Positions 50,101-61,376 of a stretch of DNA of 64,000 nucleotides are shown piece after piece. The notes under the pieces are model-generated. The model did not search any database. It had not been told where the DNA came from and saw only the letters and a program-made list of their open reading frames with translations. Where the stretch lies: contig CM102285.1 of NCBI GenBank assembly GCA_046563655.1, positions 4,836,001-4,900,000 of the forward strand. The letters run 5' to 3'. The stretch's first letter is position 1. Every line of letters begins with the position of its first letter. The position numbers were made by a program, and so were the translations under genes. Source of the DNA: Yuukianura sp. NJ FZ-2021. Taxonomy: Eukaryota.

Positions 50101-53100
50101 ACGCAGCTTCACCAGTCAGTGAGTTCTTTAAGTAGACGAGCTTTTGAGCACCGGAAATTCTGGGATTCTGGATAACGGCAGCCTGGAAGAGATCCGAGAA
50201 GTTCTGCCAATCGGTGTAATCGCCATTGAAAGTCGGTGGTTTGGTTTTCTCTAACTTAAACTCAGAATCAAAGTTAGTGTGATGTTGAATTCGTGGAGGA
50301 TCCGGTTGATCCTCATTTGGCTTATGAATCGAATCACGAACGGCATAGAGTGTGAATTGTACCTGTTCTAGTAGATCTTCACACTCGATAAGTGTATCGT
50401 CTATGTCGTCCAATGATTGGGAGGAAGTACTGGCACAGATGAGATGACGTTTCCAGTAATTGAACTCAGTTTTGATTTCACTTAGTCGAGTCTCCTTAAC
50501 GGTGACTTCAGGGACAGTGGTCGGTTTCCATGTTACGGAGTCTAAGGACGTCTGGAGGCGAACGATCGTCTTCCTAACATGACCGAGTCCAGCTGTTGCA
50601 GAACTGAAGCTCACTACGTCGGAGGATGAAGTAGAAGCCATGTCACTGATAGAGAGTCACTGATTGATTAAAGTTAATTTTAGATTTCCTGAAAAATTAT
50701 GTTCAGTAACTTTCAAACTGAACTTAAGAAAAACTGGGCAAAAGCAGACTCTGAAAAGTTCAGGAAAATCTGGGCTTTTAACCCTTTGTTTAATGGATGA
50801 AAGTTAATTGATGATGAACAATTAATTGTCTGAATGTGTTAGGTCGAGTACTTAGGCATGGTACCGTGTGTGACAACGTGCTAAGACTCACTTATGCTAA
50901 CTGAGTTGAACAGAACAAAAGCCCTAAACTAACTGCGTAGTAGAGGGAGGGGCTAAGAGGCCTGAAATTGTGGGATTTTTGAATATAAAAACTGCGGGAG
51001 TTTTGAACTGAAAAACCTAGTGGAATTCACGTGGCAATTCCACAAACAAGGGCGCATACTTTATGTTGAAAAAAGGTGCCATTTTCTTATAAAGAATAAA
51101 ACAGCGGAAATTTTGAAGTTGTTCTTTAAATGTTAGCGACGCTAACTTAGCGTTAGCAGCAGATGGTAGGCATATTATGTTTTTAAAATGAGTTTGCTGT
51201 TCTGTTTTTGAATTATTGATACCTATTGGTTTGTTTATGCTTTAGTATCACGTCTGGATGGGAGCGGACGGTCATGGGGTTCTTGTTCTCGTTCCTGCAT
51301 ATCCGGTAAGCACGTTTTTGCTGCTGGCGGGATCAGTTGCCGGTAGTATGTAGATGTAATATGATGGAAATAATTTCGTCGAAAGTCAAAATTTCGAAAA
51401 GTAGGAAGGTCGCAGCATAGAAAGGCTAAAAGTTCATAAAAAGGTCGAAATTGAAACACTCGGACCTGTCATTAATCGTAACGTAAAACTTACTATTATA
51501 CATATAAATAATATATACAGGATGTACCACGTAAAAGTAAACGCTTAAAATTCGTTTCCATGCGCAACTTCACTCAAAACAATGTGTGTAAATCCATCAA
51601 ATTTGCGTTTTCTTCAAAGTTTCTTCAATGACAATATTACGTCAGAGAAAGGAAACTTCCTATACCCGTTTGTGCAATTGCCATTTGTTTTGTATTTTGC
51701 ATTTTTTTTCTATCATGTACAGTAGACTGTACTGCACGTGCACACGTTCGTTCATCGCATAGAGTTGCCAGGGAAATTTCGATTTTTTCTCTTTTAACAA
51801 CAGTGGACATTTGGCATTTTTAAACAAAATTTTTGAAACATTTTCAAAGCGACTCAAAGCGGCAGAAAACCGATTTCAGCTCAAGTTTAAGCCCTGTTCT
51901 CACGATGAAACGTTAATTTTTCAAAATTTTTAAAATTTCCGATAAAAATGTTCATTGTTGTTTTTCTATGAAAAGATATCCCATGTGCCCATGTATGTCA
52001 AGATATAAATTGTGACCAGTAGTGTGTCAAGAAGAGGTTATATCGACCCAAAATTTTTTGATTCAACTGAACATCTAAAGTAAATTTGTTTTTTTCTAAA
52101 ACTCAAACCCTCCAATCTCAACCTAACCAGCAAGGGGACATCTTCGGAGAGTTAAGGATGCTCACCATAGACGAGCACACTTTTGAGTCTTCCCACGTGC
52201 TTACTTTACTTCGCTTGGTCATTAGATAATGCTGTAAAATTAGTTTTCATTATATAACCGGACAGGAAACCATTAAGCTAATACCAACTTCGTCGCACTT
52301 GTAATAAAACTGTAATTTTCAGAGGTCAATAATGTTAGGTACACAGTATTTCCAATTCGCTAATTTAAACTCTGCTGTAAAATAAAATCTCCTCTAATTC
52401 CAAATAGTTTCACTTAGTTAACCACAGCTAAATTAAATTTAAACGTAAATTAACTATCTACATCTCAAGTTACTATCTACGTCTAGCAGTCTGAACCACT
52501 AACTAGTTACAATTTCCAGAATCACAGATTAGGGTTGATAGTTTATCTGAGAAAAAAAAACCCTACTTCTACCTTTTTCGTGAATGCGCGAATAATTTTC
52601 GAAATTTTAAGAAATGACACCTGCAATTCATAGTTTGTGTGAAGCTGGCTCAAACTTGAGATGAAAATGGTTTTTTTTTCGCTTTGGAAATGTTTCAAAA
52701 ATTTTGTTTAAAAAATGACAAATGTCCACTCTAGTTAATAGAAAAAAATCTAAATTTCTCTGGCACCTCTATGGTTCATCGTGGTTACTAAATTTAACGA
52801 CTACCGTTTATTGGGCGCACATTTAGTACCCATCCTTAATTAAAGTTTCACAAAGTATCGCATTTTGCGTTACCTTTCCCCCATGTTCACCTAGTTTTAC
52901 GCTCGTTTCTACGGAAACAAAATCGGTGTGTACTGTACGAGTGAAACATTCACGTGACGTCGGTCATCGCCCAACGTTTTTTTTCTACTAGCAATTGTTT
53001 TAAAATGCTTCATTTACAACGACTTGTTTCACACTGACTTCGTACAGAGGCTAATTGGGCAATGGGCAATGAAGCTTATACTGAATCCTCACCCTTCACC

Positions 53101-53350
53101 AGAACGCTCTACTTTTGTGAGGGAGGAGTAACTGAAGGAGGAGTAGAAGTTATTCAATTTGTATTTCTTTCAGGTGGGGAACGTTTTACTGACTGCCTTT
53201 GTATTCGCTTCCATCGCGCACGAGATTCATTCGTGCACTGAAACGCTGCTCCCGTTTGCCGTACCCGAAGATTGGAGGAGAAGCTTACGTAACGCAATTG
53301 GATTTTTGCTGGTTTTGTTCCCAATCGGAGTGAGCGATGGAATGTTTTAG
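38128..53350 (+). CDS. CASD1: CAS1-domain O-acetyltransferase (sialate 9-O-acetyltransferase homolog), multi-exon
   Basis: Exons ~38128-38380, 38690-38779 (SCKWLL..G...WQPYGCMLH), ~39054-39511 (FIGDSR), 40778-40911, 43745-43864 (DGFH), 43949-44062 (LLNMYCN...TCC), 44143-44368, 45113-45261 (MFMKENKY), 45370-45614 (NRPYQFY), 45691-45852, 46362-46685 (W..RWKVDRY), 47420-47526, ~51255-51305 (YHVWM), 53174-53350. SGNH-like luminal domain plus multi-pass Cas1_AcylT region. Confidence 0.93.
40943..41894. mobile_element. Non-autonomous TIR DNA transposon (Tc1/pogo-like or Sola-like)
   Basis: Left TIR TAGGGG..GGATGGGGGCAGGTGAATCA mirrored by TGATTCACTTGCCCCCATCCTCCCCTA; internal GGGGCAGGTGAATCA repeats. 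Confidence 0.8.
42396..43141. mobile_element. hAT-type MITE
   Basis: TIR CAGAGCCGCAAAA / TTTTGCGGCTCTG; 8-bp TSD GTTATAGC/GTTATAGT. Confidence 0.85.
47634..51048 (-). mobile_element. BEL/Pao LTR retrotransposon, internally deleted (Gag-protease only), in a CASD1 intron
   Basis: 349-bp TG...CA LTRs 47634-47982 and 50700-51048; 5-bp TSD AGGGC; minus-strand PPT remnant GGGGAA next to the 3' LTR. Confidence 0.95.
48227..50641 (-). CDS. BEL/Pao Gag (DUF1759-type, triple Cys/His knuckle) + aspartic protease + truncated pol tail, 804 aa
   Basis: [36 protein letters not shown]...C, CINC...H...C, CSKC...HNTLLH; protease [11 protein letters not shown] and IDILLGAE; tail LSPFLD...RVG...HPVL; no RT or integrase motifs. 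Confidence 0.92.
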   Translation of the reverse strand: MASTSSSDVVSFSSATAGLGHVRKTIVRLQTSLDSVTWKPTTVPEVTVKETRLSEIKTEFNYWKRHLICASTSSQSLDDIDDTLIECEDLLEQVQFTLYAVRDSIHKPNEDQPDPPRIQHHTNFDSEFKLEKTKPPTFNGDYTDWQNFSDLFQAAVIQNPRISGAQKLVYLKNSLTGEAASIASSFPLNNLSFAEAWELVEKRFNKKREIIFSHLTKLFSIQSVPDTSKGILKLVDTINQCLRSLKILNVNVTDWDIFIVYWAHLKLDPETRRQWLLTTDDELPTLPPFMEFLEKRANALTPTPSSPSSKRKSSPSSSTAHHTITGQTKGKSACPQCDDQTHRIYKCPDFLKLSPHDRTTFAHKKKICINCLRSNHQVRDCKSEGVCSKCSKRHNTLLHFDAHVRHRSLSSSSESSSDSNSTTNSAPRSPPSAFQSTSSSDEHVQSHHSSSTAPTTKVVLMATVVARVVDQNGERQPCRVFLDPGSESNFVSEAFADRFNLRRQKSCISVTGIGGSSGGSTRGAVNFKLHSRYDNFIFPVKALILPRLTGQLPRSECQGSFPHLDGLSLADPDFNIPSSIDILLGAEATAQVLLPGIRSGAPGTPLAQDSRFGWFLTGTSPLSTSHTSTSSVTSCHVTCDPNDKSLEASQQSYRDPEHSLPQPFKADVLPPQLYSGKVVTTAVSPCPGSTSASTQIPAMPTSAPLTSNKLDQAQLALVKVVQKACFPEEINFCAQKQQVKGNVRFLSPFLDNSNNTRVGSSRQMSAFNIRSRHPVLSRSLKSPRMELNQTLPTSLHSTSSSANR
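51758..52773. mobile_element. Non-autonomous hAT element with long imperfect inverted ends
   Basis: CATAGAGTTGCCAG ... CTGGCACCTCTATG; perfect 8-bp TSD GTTCATCG. Confidence 0.9.
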
Positions 53351-53636
53351 TCTCAAAACGCAACGCTTATTCTTATCAACAAGTAGGTTTTAAATATTGT
53401 CAAGCAAACAAGCTGAAGCAAATAAAAAAAAATCTTAATACAGTAGTGCAACCTAAATTGTGGAGTACTTAGACCTCAGGTAAGTCCACCAGGAATTTTA
53501 TTGGCAGCGAGTTGGTATCGATTCTGGTGTCGTCAAGAATGGGCGAGCATTTCCACTAAATCTATAAATCTGTAGTGACGTTCGATTCGTCTGTATAATG
53601 TGAAATTCTTTGAAACAATTGACTTCGAAATTCTAA

Positions 53637-53808
53637 CGCCCGGTACGAACTTACCGTGCTGCCCTCGTGCACGGTGCAAAAATGCAGTGGAGGCGACATA
53701 TTTTATTGCTAAGAGCAACTGAAATTAAACGTTTTTTTCGTTTTCAAGTCGGCGATATTGTATTTTTGCACCGTGCACGAGAGGAGCACGGTAAGTTCGT
53801 ATCGGGCA
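53637..53808. mobile_element. PIF/Harbinger (Tourist-like) palindromic MITE
   Basis: ~50-bp TIR GCCCGGTACGAACTTACCGTGCT...CTCGTGCACGGTGCAAAAAT; TAA on both sides. Confidence 0.8.
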
Positions 53809-54305
53809 TAAGTTTACCAAATAATTCCATAAAAAAATGTTATTTAACGAGTGTAATTTGTATTAAAAAGCCTTCGTTGTATGTTTTTTAAAAAAACATT
53901 CGTCAATGTCCGTTTGTCACTCCTGTTCGGTATTAATACCGTAAGAAAAAGTTAACTAATTGTATGAAATTATTAGCAATAATATATTTTTAGCATAAAC
54001 TTTCAAATTACTTAGAAAAGCTCACTTCACATTTGGGGCTTTTCCTGTGATTAGATCTTGGTCGTATGCCCGTGAGAAGCCGGCAATTGTTTGGCTGCAC
54101 CATTCCAGATTCGATTTTCGATTGAAGTGCAGGACCCATACCGCTGTATCGACCGCGCCAGTATTGACGACACCTAAATTAGTATTCTTGATTACCGATT
54201 TTTCTGGCAATTAGTGGCATGTGCAGCAATTGCTGTCACCAAAATTCTTCGTGGGTAAAACAGACTTTTGCTTACATAAGCTGCGTATTCACCTATTCAT
54301 GGTTT

Positions 54306-56219
54306 ATGCTGGATTCACACTACACCGCAACTCGTAGATTTCTGCTCAAATTCTCTGTCTCTGCTGATGCGCGTTCACAGTGGAATGTGCAGAAAATTTT
54401 ACCAAAAGTTGCTCGCAGTGTTTTCTGCCGAAAGGAGTTGCCGCTTCTGTTCACACTCAAAAGCTGCGGCAGAAAAACTGCTCCAAAAGTGATGCGCAGA
54501 CAAGATTTTCTCGAAAAGCAGAAACTGCTTCTATGCCCCCATTCCCCACGTCAAAAGTTGTGGCCAATGACCTCTAGTATTCGGAATTGCAAAAAATGAC
54601 CTCTACAACAGCTACTCGTATGACTTCAACGAACAAGATTATGTTAAAATTGTTGACCTTACCTAAATTCCGGGTCAAAGGTCAAGGTCACCCAACCTCA
54701 GGGCGCGAATTTCGAAAAATGATCCTTACAAACGTTGTTTGATATACCGTTGCAAACTATCATAACATTTGACCTTATTCGATATTTGGGGTCAAAGGTC
54801 AAGGTCAAGTGCCCGCTCTCCGAAATTTGGAACATGACCTTAACCATAGTTGTTCGCCTTCCCGAGAGAAGCCTTTTTCATTCTTAACATTTTGACCTTA
54901 CCGTACATCCGAGGTCATAGGTCAAGGGCACCCCGTTCAAATTTACGGAAATTTAAAAAATGATCAATACGAAAGTTGTTCGTCACCTTGGGACAAACAT
55001 TCACGTGTCAAGTTTGACCTTGGTCCAAAATTCTACACCAAAGGTCATGGTCACTAGCTTAAATCAAAGGAAAAGTGAAATGTCACCTCTGCAAAACTTA
55101 TTCTCTTGGTCGATTCAAGCATACATTTACGTACATCATTTCTTTCTATGACGTCATCTTGCGGGTCAAACGTAACGTTTTGCTTTCACCGATAGGTCTC
55201 AGTCGGTTATTTTGAAACTGGGCAGAGGCGATGGGCAGGGATGTGCTTCAATTCGATGTTCACATACTATATGGGCTCTTTTTCTGTGCCTTTTTGAAGC
55301 GTCTGCCTTCAGCTTTTTTTTATCATTCAGGCCTGGAGAAAAGGGACAGTGTGAACACGCAACAGCAAAATGGCGGCTGCAGCTGCACGTGCATGTACTG
55401 CTAGATAGCTACACTTCGCTATTAATTTTGCATTTTAGTCAAATTGTAATATTCAACGTTGTAAATGTCTTAGAATGGTTCCCAGTGCGTTTTGTGCGAT
55501 TTCTAGCTTCCGCTTTATGCACCGCTAGATAGCTACGCTTCGACGTTAAATTCTCCTTTTTGTCAAATTTTAATATGCAACGTTTGTACATGTCGTAGGA
55601 TGGTTCTCAATGTGCTTTATGCGATTTGTAGCGCCCGATTTATACACCGCTGGATAGCTACGCTTCGACGTTAAATTCTACTTTTTGTTAAATTTTAATA
55701 TGCAACGTTTGTACATGTCGTAGAATGGTTCCAAGTGCGTTTGATGCGATTTATAGCACTCGCTTTATACACCGCTAGATAGCTACGCTTCGACATTACA
55801 TTATTTGAGCGTAGCTAGCTAGCGGTGCATATAACGTTGAGTAGTTAGAGTCTGCAATGTATGTATTAGCTTTCTGTACTAACAAAAAATGGTTTGAAGT
55901 CATAAAACCGAATTTGGTAATGTTACATTGTTGGAGCGTAGCTAGCAAGCGGTACGTGCAGCGGCGGCCATTTTGCTTTTGGTAGTTAATTATCACATTT
56001 TATCCGTATTTAAAAAAAATTAATTATGCTAAAAAAACTATTAATCGTTTTTTTTTGTTTTTTTAATTAAAACAGTTAATTTAAAAAATTAACTGCACTT
56101 TTCGTTTAAACACTCATTTATACCGCACTGTAAATTTGAGAAATAGCTTTTGATAGTTTCGGACGATGCTTGCAACTAGCAGAAGGTCTGCAAGTTGCTT
56201 TGTAATGTGAATCCAGCAT
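54306..56219. mobile_element. Harbinger-like TIR element carrying nested repeats
   Basis: TIR ATGCTGGATTCACA / TGTGAATCCAGCAT; contains an AGGTCA-rich Helitron-like array (~54560-55170) and an inverted repeat (55365-55976). Confidence 0.55.
55365..55976. repeat. Inverted-repeat element with ~125-bp tandem units
   Basis: GCAAAATGGCGGCTGC..CTGCACGT at left, ACGTGCAGCGGCGGCCATTTTGC at right; 3-4 units with TAGATAGCTACGCTTCGAC. Confidence 0.65.
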
Positions 56220-56366
56220 TTTAGTTGCCACTTCACCTAAAAGCAAGGTTGTTTAAATCGGAATTCTACTTATTTTTTTCTTAGCGGATTAATACATAAT
56301 TAATGTTTATTGTGTTTTTAAATTTTTGTACTTCGCATCTGCGCTACGGTGATGGACTTCCGTTGC

Positions 56367-57232
56367 GATTCCACGTCATTACATCAGTTCTATTACATAA
56401 GTGGCAAGTATATAAGTGACAAAGACATCAGTGTCAATTGCATCAGTAGGGCAATTACATCAGTAGAGCAATTACATCCAAAGCATTTACATCAGTGTCA
56501 ATTACATCAGTAGAGCAATTACATCAGTATGACAATTACATCGAAAGCATTTACATCAGTGTCAATTACATCAGTAGAGCAACTACATCAGTATGACAAT
56601 TACATCGAAAGCATTTACATCAGTGACAATTACATCAGTAGGGCAATTACATCCAAAGCAATTTTATAAGTTGGAATGAGACAATTTCATATAATTAATA
56701 ATTCATTATTGTTAAATTTTAGTTGGTAACATTCTTCTGACCTGACATTTTTATGGAGGCACTGTATTCACCCTTGATAATTAAAGTATAATTCTGAAAA
56801 ATTCTTTCAGAATCGTGTTCCTTAAGTGTCATAAGTGCCTAACCTAACCCGCAACACGTAATCAGTACTGCCAACTTTAAAAAAACCTAACACCGCGCCT
56901 TCGGCGCGGGAAACTATAAACACATGCTGTAATTGAACGAGCAAAGCTTAATTCAATTAATTTGATGACTAATAAACCATTAATTTTTTTGCTGTGCACT
57001 TTTATTCCTAATTCCTGGATAAGTGATGTAAATGCTTTGGATGTAATTGCCCTACTGATGTAATTGTCACTGATGTAAATGCTTTCGATGTAATTGTCAT
57101 ACTGATGTAATTGCTCTACTGATGTAATTGACACTGATATAAATGCTTTGGATGTAATTGCTCTACTCATGTAATTGTCCTACTGATGTAATTGACACTG
57201 ATGTAATTGAACTGATGTAATGACGTGCTACG
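56367..57232. mobile_element. Variable-arm foldback MITE, copy C (CAATTACATCAGT arms)
   Basis: Termini GATTCCACGTCAT...ATGACGTGCTACG; 9-bp TSD TTCCGTTGC/TTCTGTTGC; core hairpin 56894-56908. Confidence 0.85.
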
Positions 57233-58789
57233 TTCTGTTGCGTAGAAATTCGGAATCAAAACTGCAAGTTCCTACAGCAAAAGCCTAACACTGAATCCCT
57301 ACTTCGTGGCTTTTCCTGTTCCATTCCCGTTGCATCCCGTTCCATTTTCCATTTTCGCGATCCATATTTGTTTTCCATCGTTGCTTTGTGTTTCCATAAG
57401 GAACGATGATGGAATGAGAATGCATGTTGAATATCCCCTTCCTGCTACACTCCATTGCCTCGTCAGTGACACATATCACGCCAATGAACTCAGTTCTGTT
57501 CTTTTGTAGCACTAGGCAACAGAAACTCTCCAAAATGGCCTCTCCTCAAACCTCCAATCTCAGCGCTGAAGTCCCATCTCTACCGTAAGCCAGAAAGCAA
57601 AAGGTCAATAAACGAAACACATGAATAACAATAATGAGTGTGTGGAGTTTATTGATCCACACTAAATCCCTGGCGCTTGGCCAACAATGCTAACTCATGG
57701 AAAGCAAGACGAAGACTCACTAAACTAACTGAACTGACTGCTGGACACGGATCGCAGTCCGCGCGGCAGAGAAACGAAAAGCTAAACTCCTCCTAAGAAT
57801 AGAACGACGATAAAAAGTGGGTTGCTATGGCAAAGTAGATTTACCCAACGCATCCTTATGCACCTACGTTAACGAGTAATAAGAAGAATGCGCAAGTTCA
57901 ATATGCGCATTAACGGCATTCTTCATTCATTCGGCACTCAACCGATTTTTCATAAATCATCACATATAAAATTTCATAAATCACCGATTGTTCATAAAAC
58001 AAAATTGGTATAAAAGTTATTTTTCCCTGTTTCTAGTGAAATAAATAAATACAATTTTGTTGAAAAAGTTCGAAATATTTCCGAACATAACATTTAGAGC
58101 ATGGGTAAATTAATAGATACATAGTAACAAAAAGACCCGAATTATTGATTTTACTTACATTAAAGACATGGGAACTAAATATTTCTGGGAGGTCTGGTTA
58201 TGGCATTACCTGTTACGGTGTTGCACCAATGGCTTTATAGCAAACCTTGACTAGACGATATGAGACCCTACTGTACGAAACATTTGTGGATGGAAGAAAT
58301 TTAAAAATATGATCACGAAATTCAAAACTATTCAATTAAATTTAAAAAAATATTTGTTAAAAACCTTGTCTTGCTGTAATTTCTTTGGCGAATTATTGGA
58401 AGGCGATTTTGGTTTTGTTAGTTAATTCCTATTTTGTTAGATTTTCATTTTCACAAATTATTGGAAAAGCGTGGGTGACGTTCACATCTTTGGATTCATC
58501 ATTTGTTCCATTTCATTTTTCTTTCCACTGTGTTCACACCGGAGGTAGAATAACAGCAAAGTGGATACCAACAATATTGCCTTCCTATTTACAAGAAAAA
58601 AGAAATATTTGGAATGATCCATCCAGTAAATCCACTGAAATCAGCAGTAACTCTCGCATGTAGAACCTTCTCAATTGTTTCTAGTAGTTGAACGTTTATT
58701 GAAGTGAAATTAAAGTTAAAATAAATGAAAATGAGTTGAATGTACATTTAAGACTGGAAATTGGGAGAATTCTACTCCAATGAACTAAT

Positions 58790-59092
58790 TTTAAGTAGCA
58801 AAGCTTCGCTACTTTATGTATCGGCATTGTCTGTCTGGCCGGCCGGCAATTATCTTGGAAACGGATGAACATTCCCGGGATCTGTTTTCACCGGTAGGCA
58901 CCTAGTGAACCGTTGATGTTCGCTATTAAATATCATCCCGGTGGGTCAATTTCTTCTGGGTCAAAGGTCAAGGCCAACCGGTTTATTCCCGGTGACATGG
59001 AAAATGACCTCTACAAAAGTTGTTCGTGTCCTCGAGACCAACAACTTTCGTGTAATGACATGACCCCAAGTGACCTCCTCAGGCAAAGGTAA
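58790..59092 (+). mobile_element. HINE/DINE-1-like 5' fragment abutting the Gypsy relic
   Basis: TAAGTAGCAAAGCTTCGCTACTTTATG, GTCTGTCT, GGTCAAAGGTCAAGG, ATGACCTCTACAAAAGTTGTTC as at 16581. Confidence 0.7.
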
Positions 59093-59094
59093 GC

Positions 59095-61376
59095 TTTTTC
59101 GATGTCAGGGTTCTGCTATATGGGAAGTGGTGGAACACAACACGATTCCCCAGAGAGAGGGGCGGGAAAGGGGTTGGAACCCACCCCCACTCCCCGGGGA
59201 AGCAGGAATTTGGCAATTTAAAAATCACACAAGAGTGGCTATTCCAGTACAATATGCTACCGATGGGCATCGACGGAGCACCTGGCCATTTTACCAAACT
59301 CATGGACGTAATTTTGGCGGGCCGGAAGTGGGTTGCATCCTACTTCGACGATTTGATTATTCCCAGTCTCACAATTGACGAGCATGTTGGAAAATTAGAC
59401 AAGGTCCTATCCAGAATTGAGACTCAAGGCTTGACGCTTCAACCAAAAAAATGTCACATATTATACAAGGAACCCAGGGTCCATGGATCCGTCGTGGGGA
59501 ACGGCAGAATCAAGATGGACGAAAATGTACTAGCTGGAGTCAAGGAACTCCCCATATCCACGAAGGTAAAAAAGTTACAGCAAGCACTGGGGCTGTTTAA
59601 TCATAACCGAATATTCATTCCCGGGTATGCCCAAAAAAGGTTATACAACCATTATACAACCTCTTGAAAAAAGACGCAAAATTCAAGTGGGGGAAGGAAG
59701 AAGACGCCTTCAATATGGCAAAGCAGGCCTTCTTTCGGAACCGATCCTTTCGTTATTCCAACTAGGACTGGAGACCAGACTCCAAACAGATGCGCAGTGA
59801 AAATTGGATCCACTCTGGCCCAAATTCAGAAGGACGTAGCCGAAAGAGCCGTGGCATGTATAAGTATGGCTTTTATATGTAGAACGCTGACCCATGCAGA
59901 ACGAATATAGATGGACAACGACAGAACAGGAATTGCTAGCGATCGCATTTGCATTGAAGAAACTCAATTCTTAGATGGTCATCCAGTCAAGATTTTCGCC
60001 GACCATGACGCATTATGCTGAATCCTGCAAGCGAAAGAACAAGACATTAGTCCAAAATTGACTCGACTGGCGATTAAATTGTCCGAATTCGACATTACGG
60101 GGATCACCTACATCAAGGGGAAGAACACGCCCTACCCAGATGTCCATGCGGGCCAAAATATCCGATACAGCGGGAGAAAGTGACAAAAACCATTAAACCA
60201 GAAGTAAGAAGTAAGTAAGACCCAAGACAGGAGAGTTGCATCAGCATAACCCCAAAATAGAAGCAATTCGTTAAAAAATCTCGGGCAAAAACGGAATTCA
60301 TTACCGGATTATGCATGACATACTATATTTCGTGGACGGAAGTGGTTCAACAAAACCATGCATTCCAGAAGAACTGCAAGAAGAAATTCTAGCCTCCTGC
60401 CACGAGGACCTTCTGAGTGGCCACCTCGGATTCACGAAGACTTATGACCGTGTCAGAGGACGCTATTTTTGGCCAAAATTGAAGAAAAGTGTCTATAAAT
60501 TTGTGACCTCGTGTCACGAGTGTCAGCTCAGGAAAATTACACGCAGGAAGCCTTACGGTGAAATGCAGTTCATTCCTGTCCCTGGCCAAGCATTTGGTCA
60601 CGTAAAATTGACATGATGCGGCCATTTAGTATGTCAGCTAATGGTAACAAGTATGTAGTCACCGCAGTGGACTACCTGATAAAATGGAAAGAAGCCAAAG
60701 CCGTTAAAAATGCGGACTCACTCGAGTTGGCAAAGTTTATGGTCGACCAAGTGATCTGTCGCCACCGCAGCCCAAGGGTCATCCAGAGCGACCAAGGAAG
60801 CATTCTGACCAGCGACCTTTTCAAAAATATCAACCATCCACTGGGAATTAACCAGAACAAGAGCACACTTATTACCCTCAATCTCAAGAGCTCGTGGAAA
60901 AATGACATTCAACACTGGAGGACAATGCATCACTTTGTACGTCAGCTCTAATTAAAAGGACTGGGAGATTTTCCAGGATGCTTGCAAAAACGCATATTGA
61001 AGAGGAGCAAAAAAGGTACGAAGAGTTGGTCAACGGAAAATTAACCCCACTACCGTAGGTTAAAGTTGGATCCGAAGTAGTCATTCGTAAGTTTTCCAAA
61101 AAGAAGGGACTCCCAACGAAGCTGACGGAATACTTCAGTGGACCTTACATCGTAATGGAGAAGACAGCACGAGTTAATTATGTCGTAGAATATGCGGCCG
61201 GCAAGATTAAACGCCGAAAAACTGTTCATATCGACAAAATGAAGCATTATCCACGAAGAGAAGAGAAGGAATCTAATTCAACAAAGAACCAGGTCGAGAA
61301 TCTTTATTTTGAAGCTAAAAAAGAAGAAGTTACAAAAATGTCAGACGAAGCAGAATTAAAAAATTTGCCAAAATAG
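59095..61376 (+). pseudogene. Decayed Ty3/Gypsy pol (RT, RNase H, integrase)
   Basis: LPMGI..APGHF..MD, YFDDLII, LQQALGLFNH; RNase H TTTEQELLAIAFALKK; integrase HEDLLSGHLG...YFWP..CHEC, GNKYVVTAVDYL, IQSDQG, FSGPYIV; many stops and frameshifts. Confidence 0.9.

Noticed and set aside
57240..58095. Possible solo LTR or retroelement leader (minus-strand AATAAA, 82-aa ORF)
   Set aside because: No partner LTR, TSD, PBS or recognisable protein motif could be fixed.
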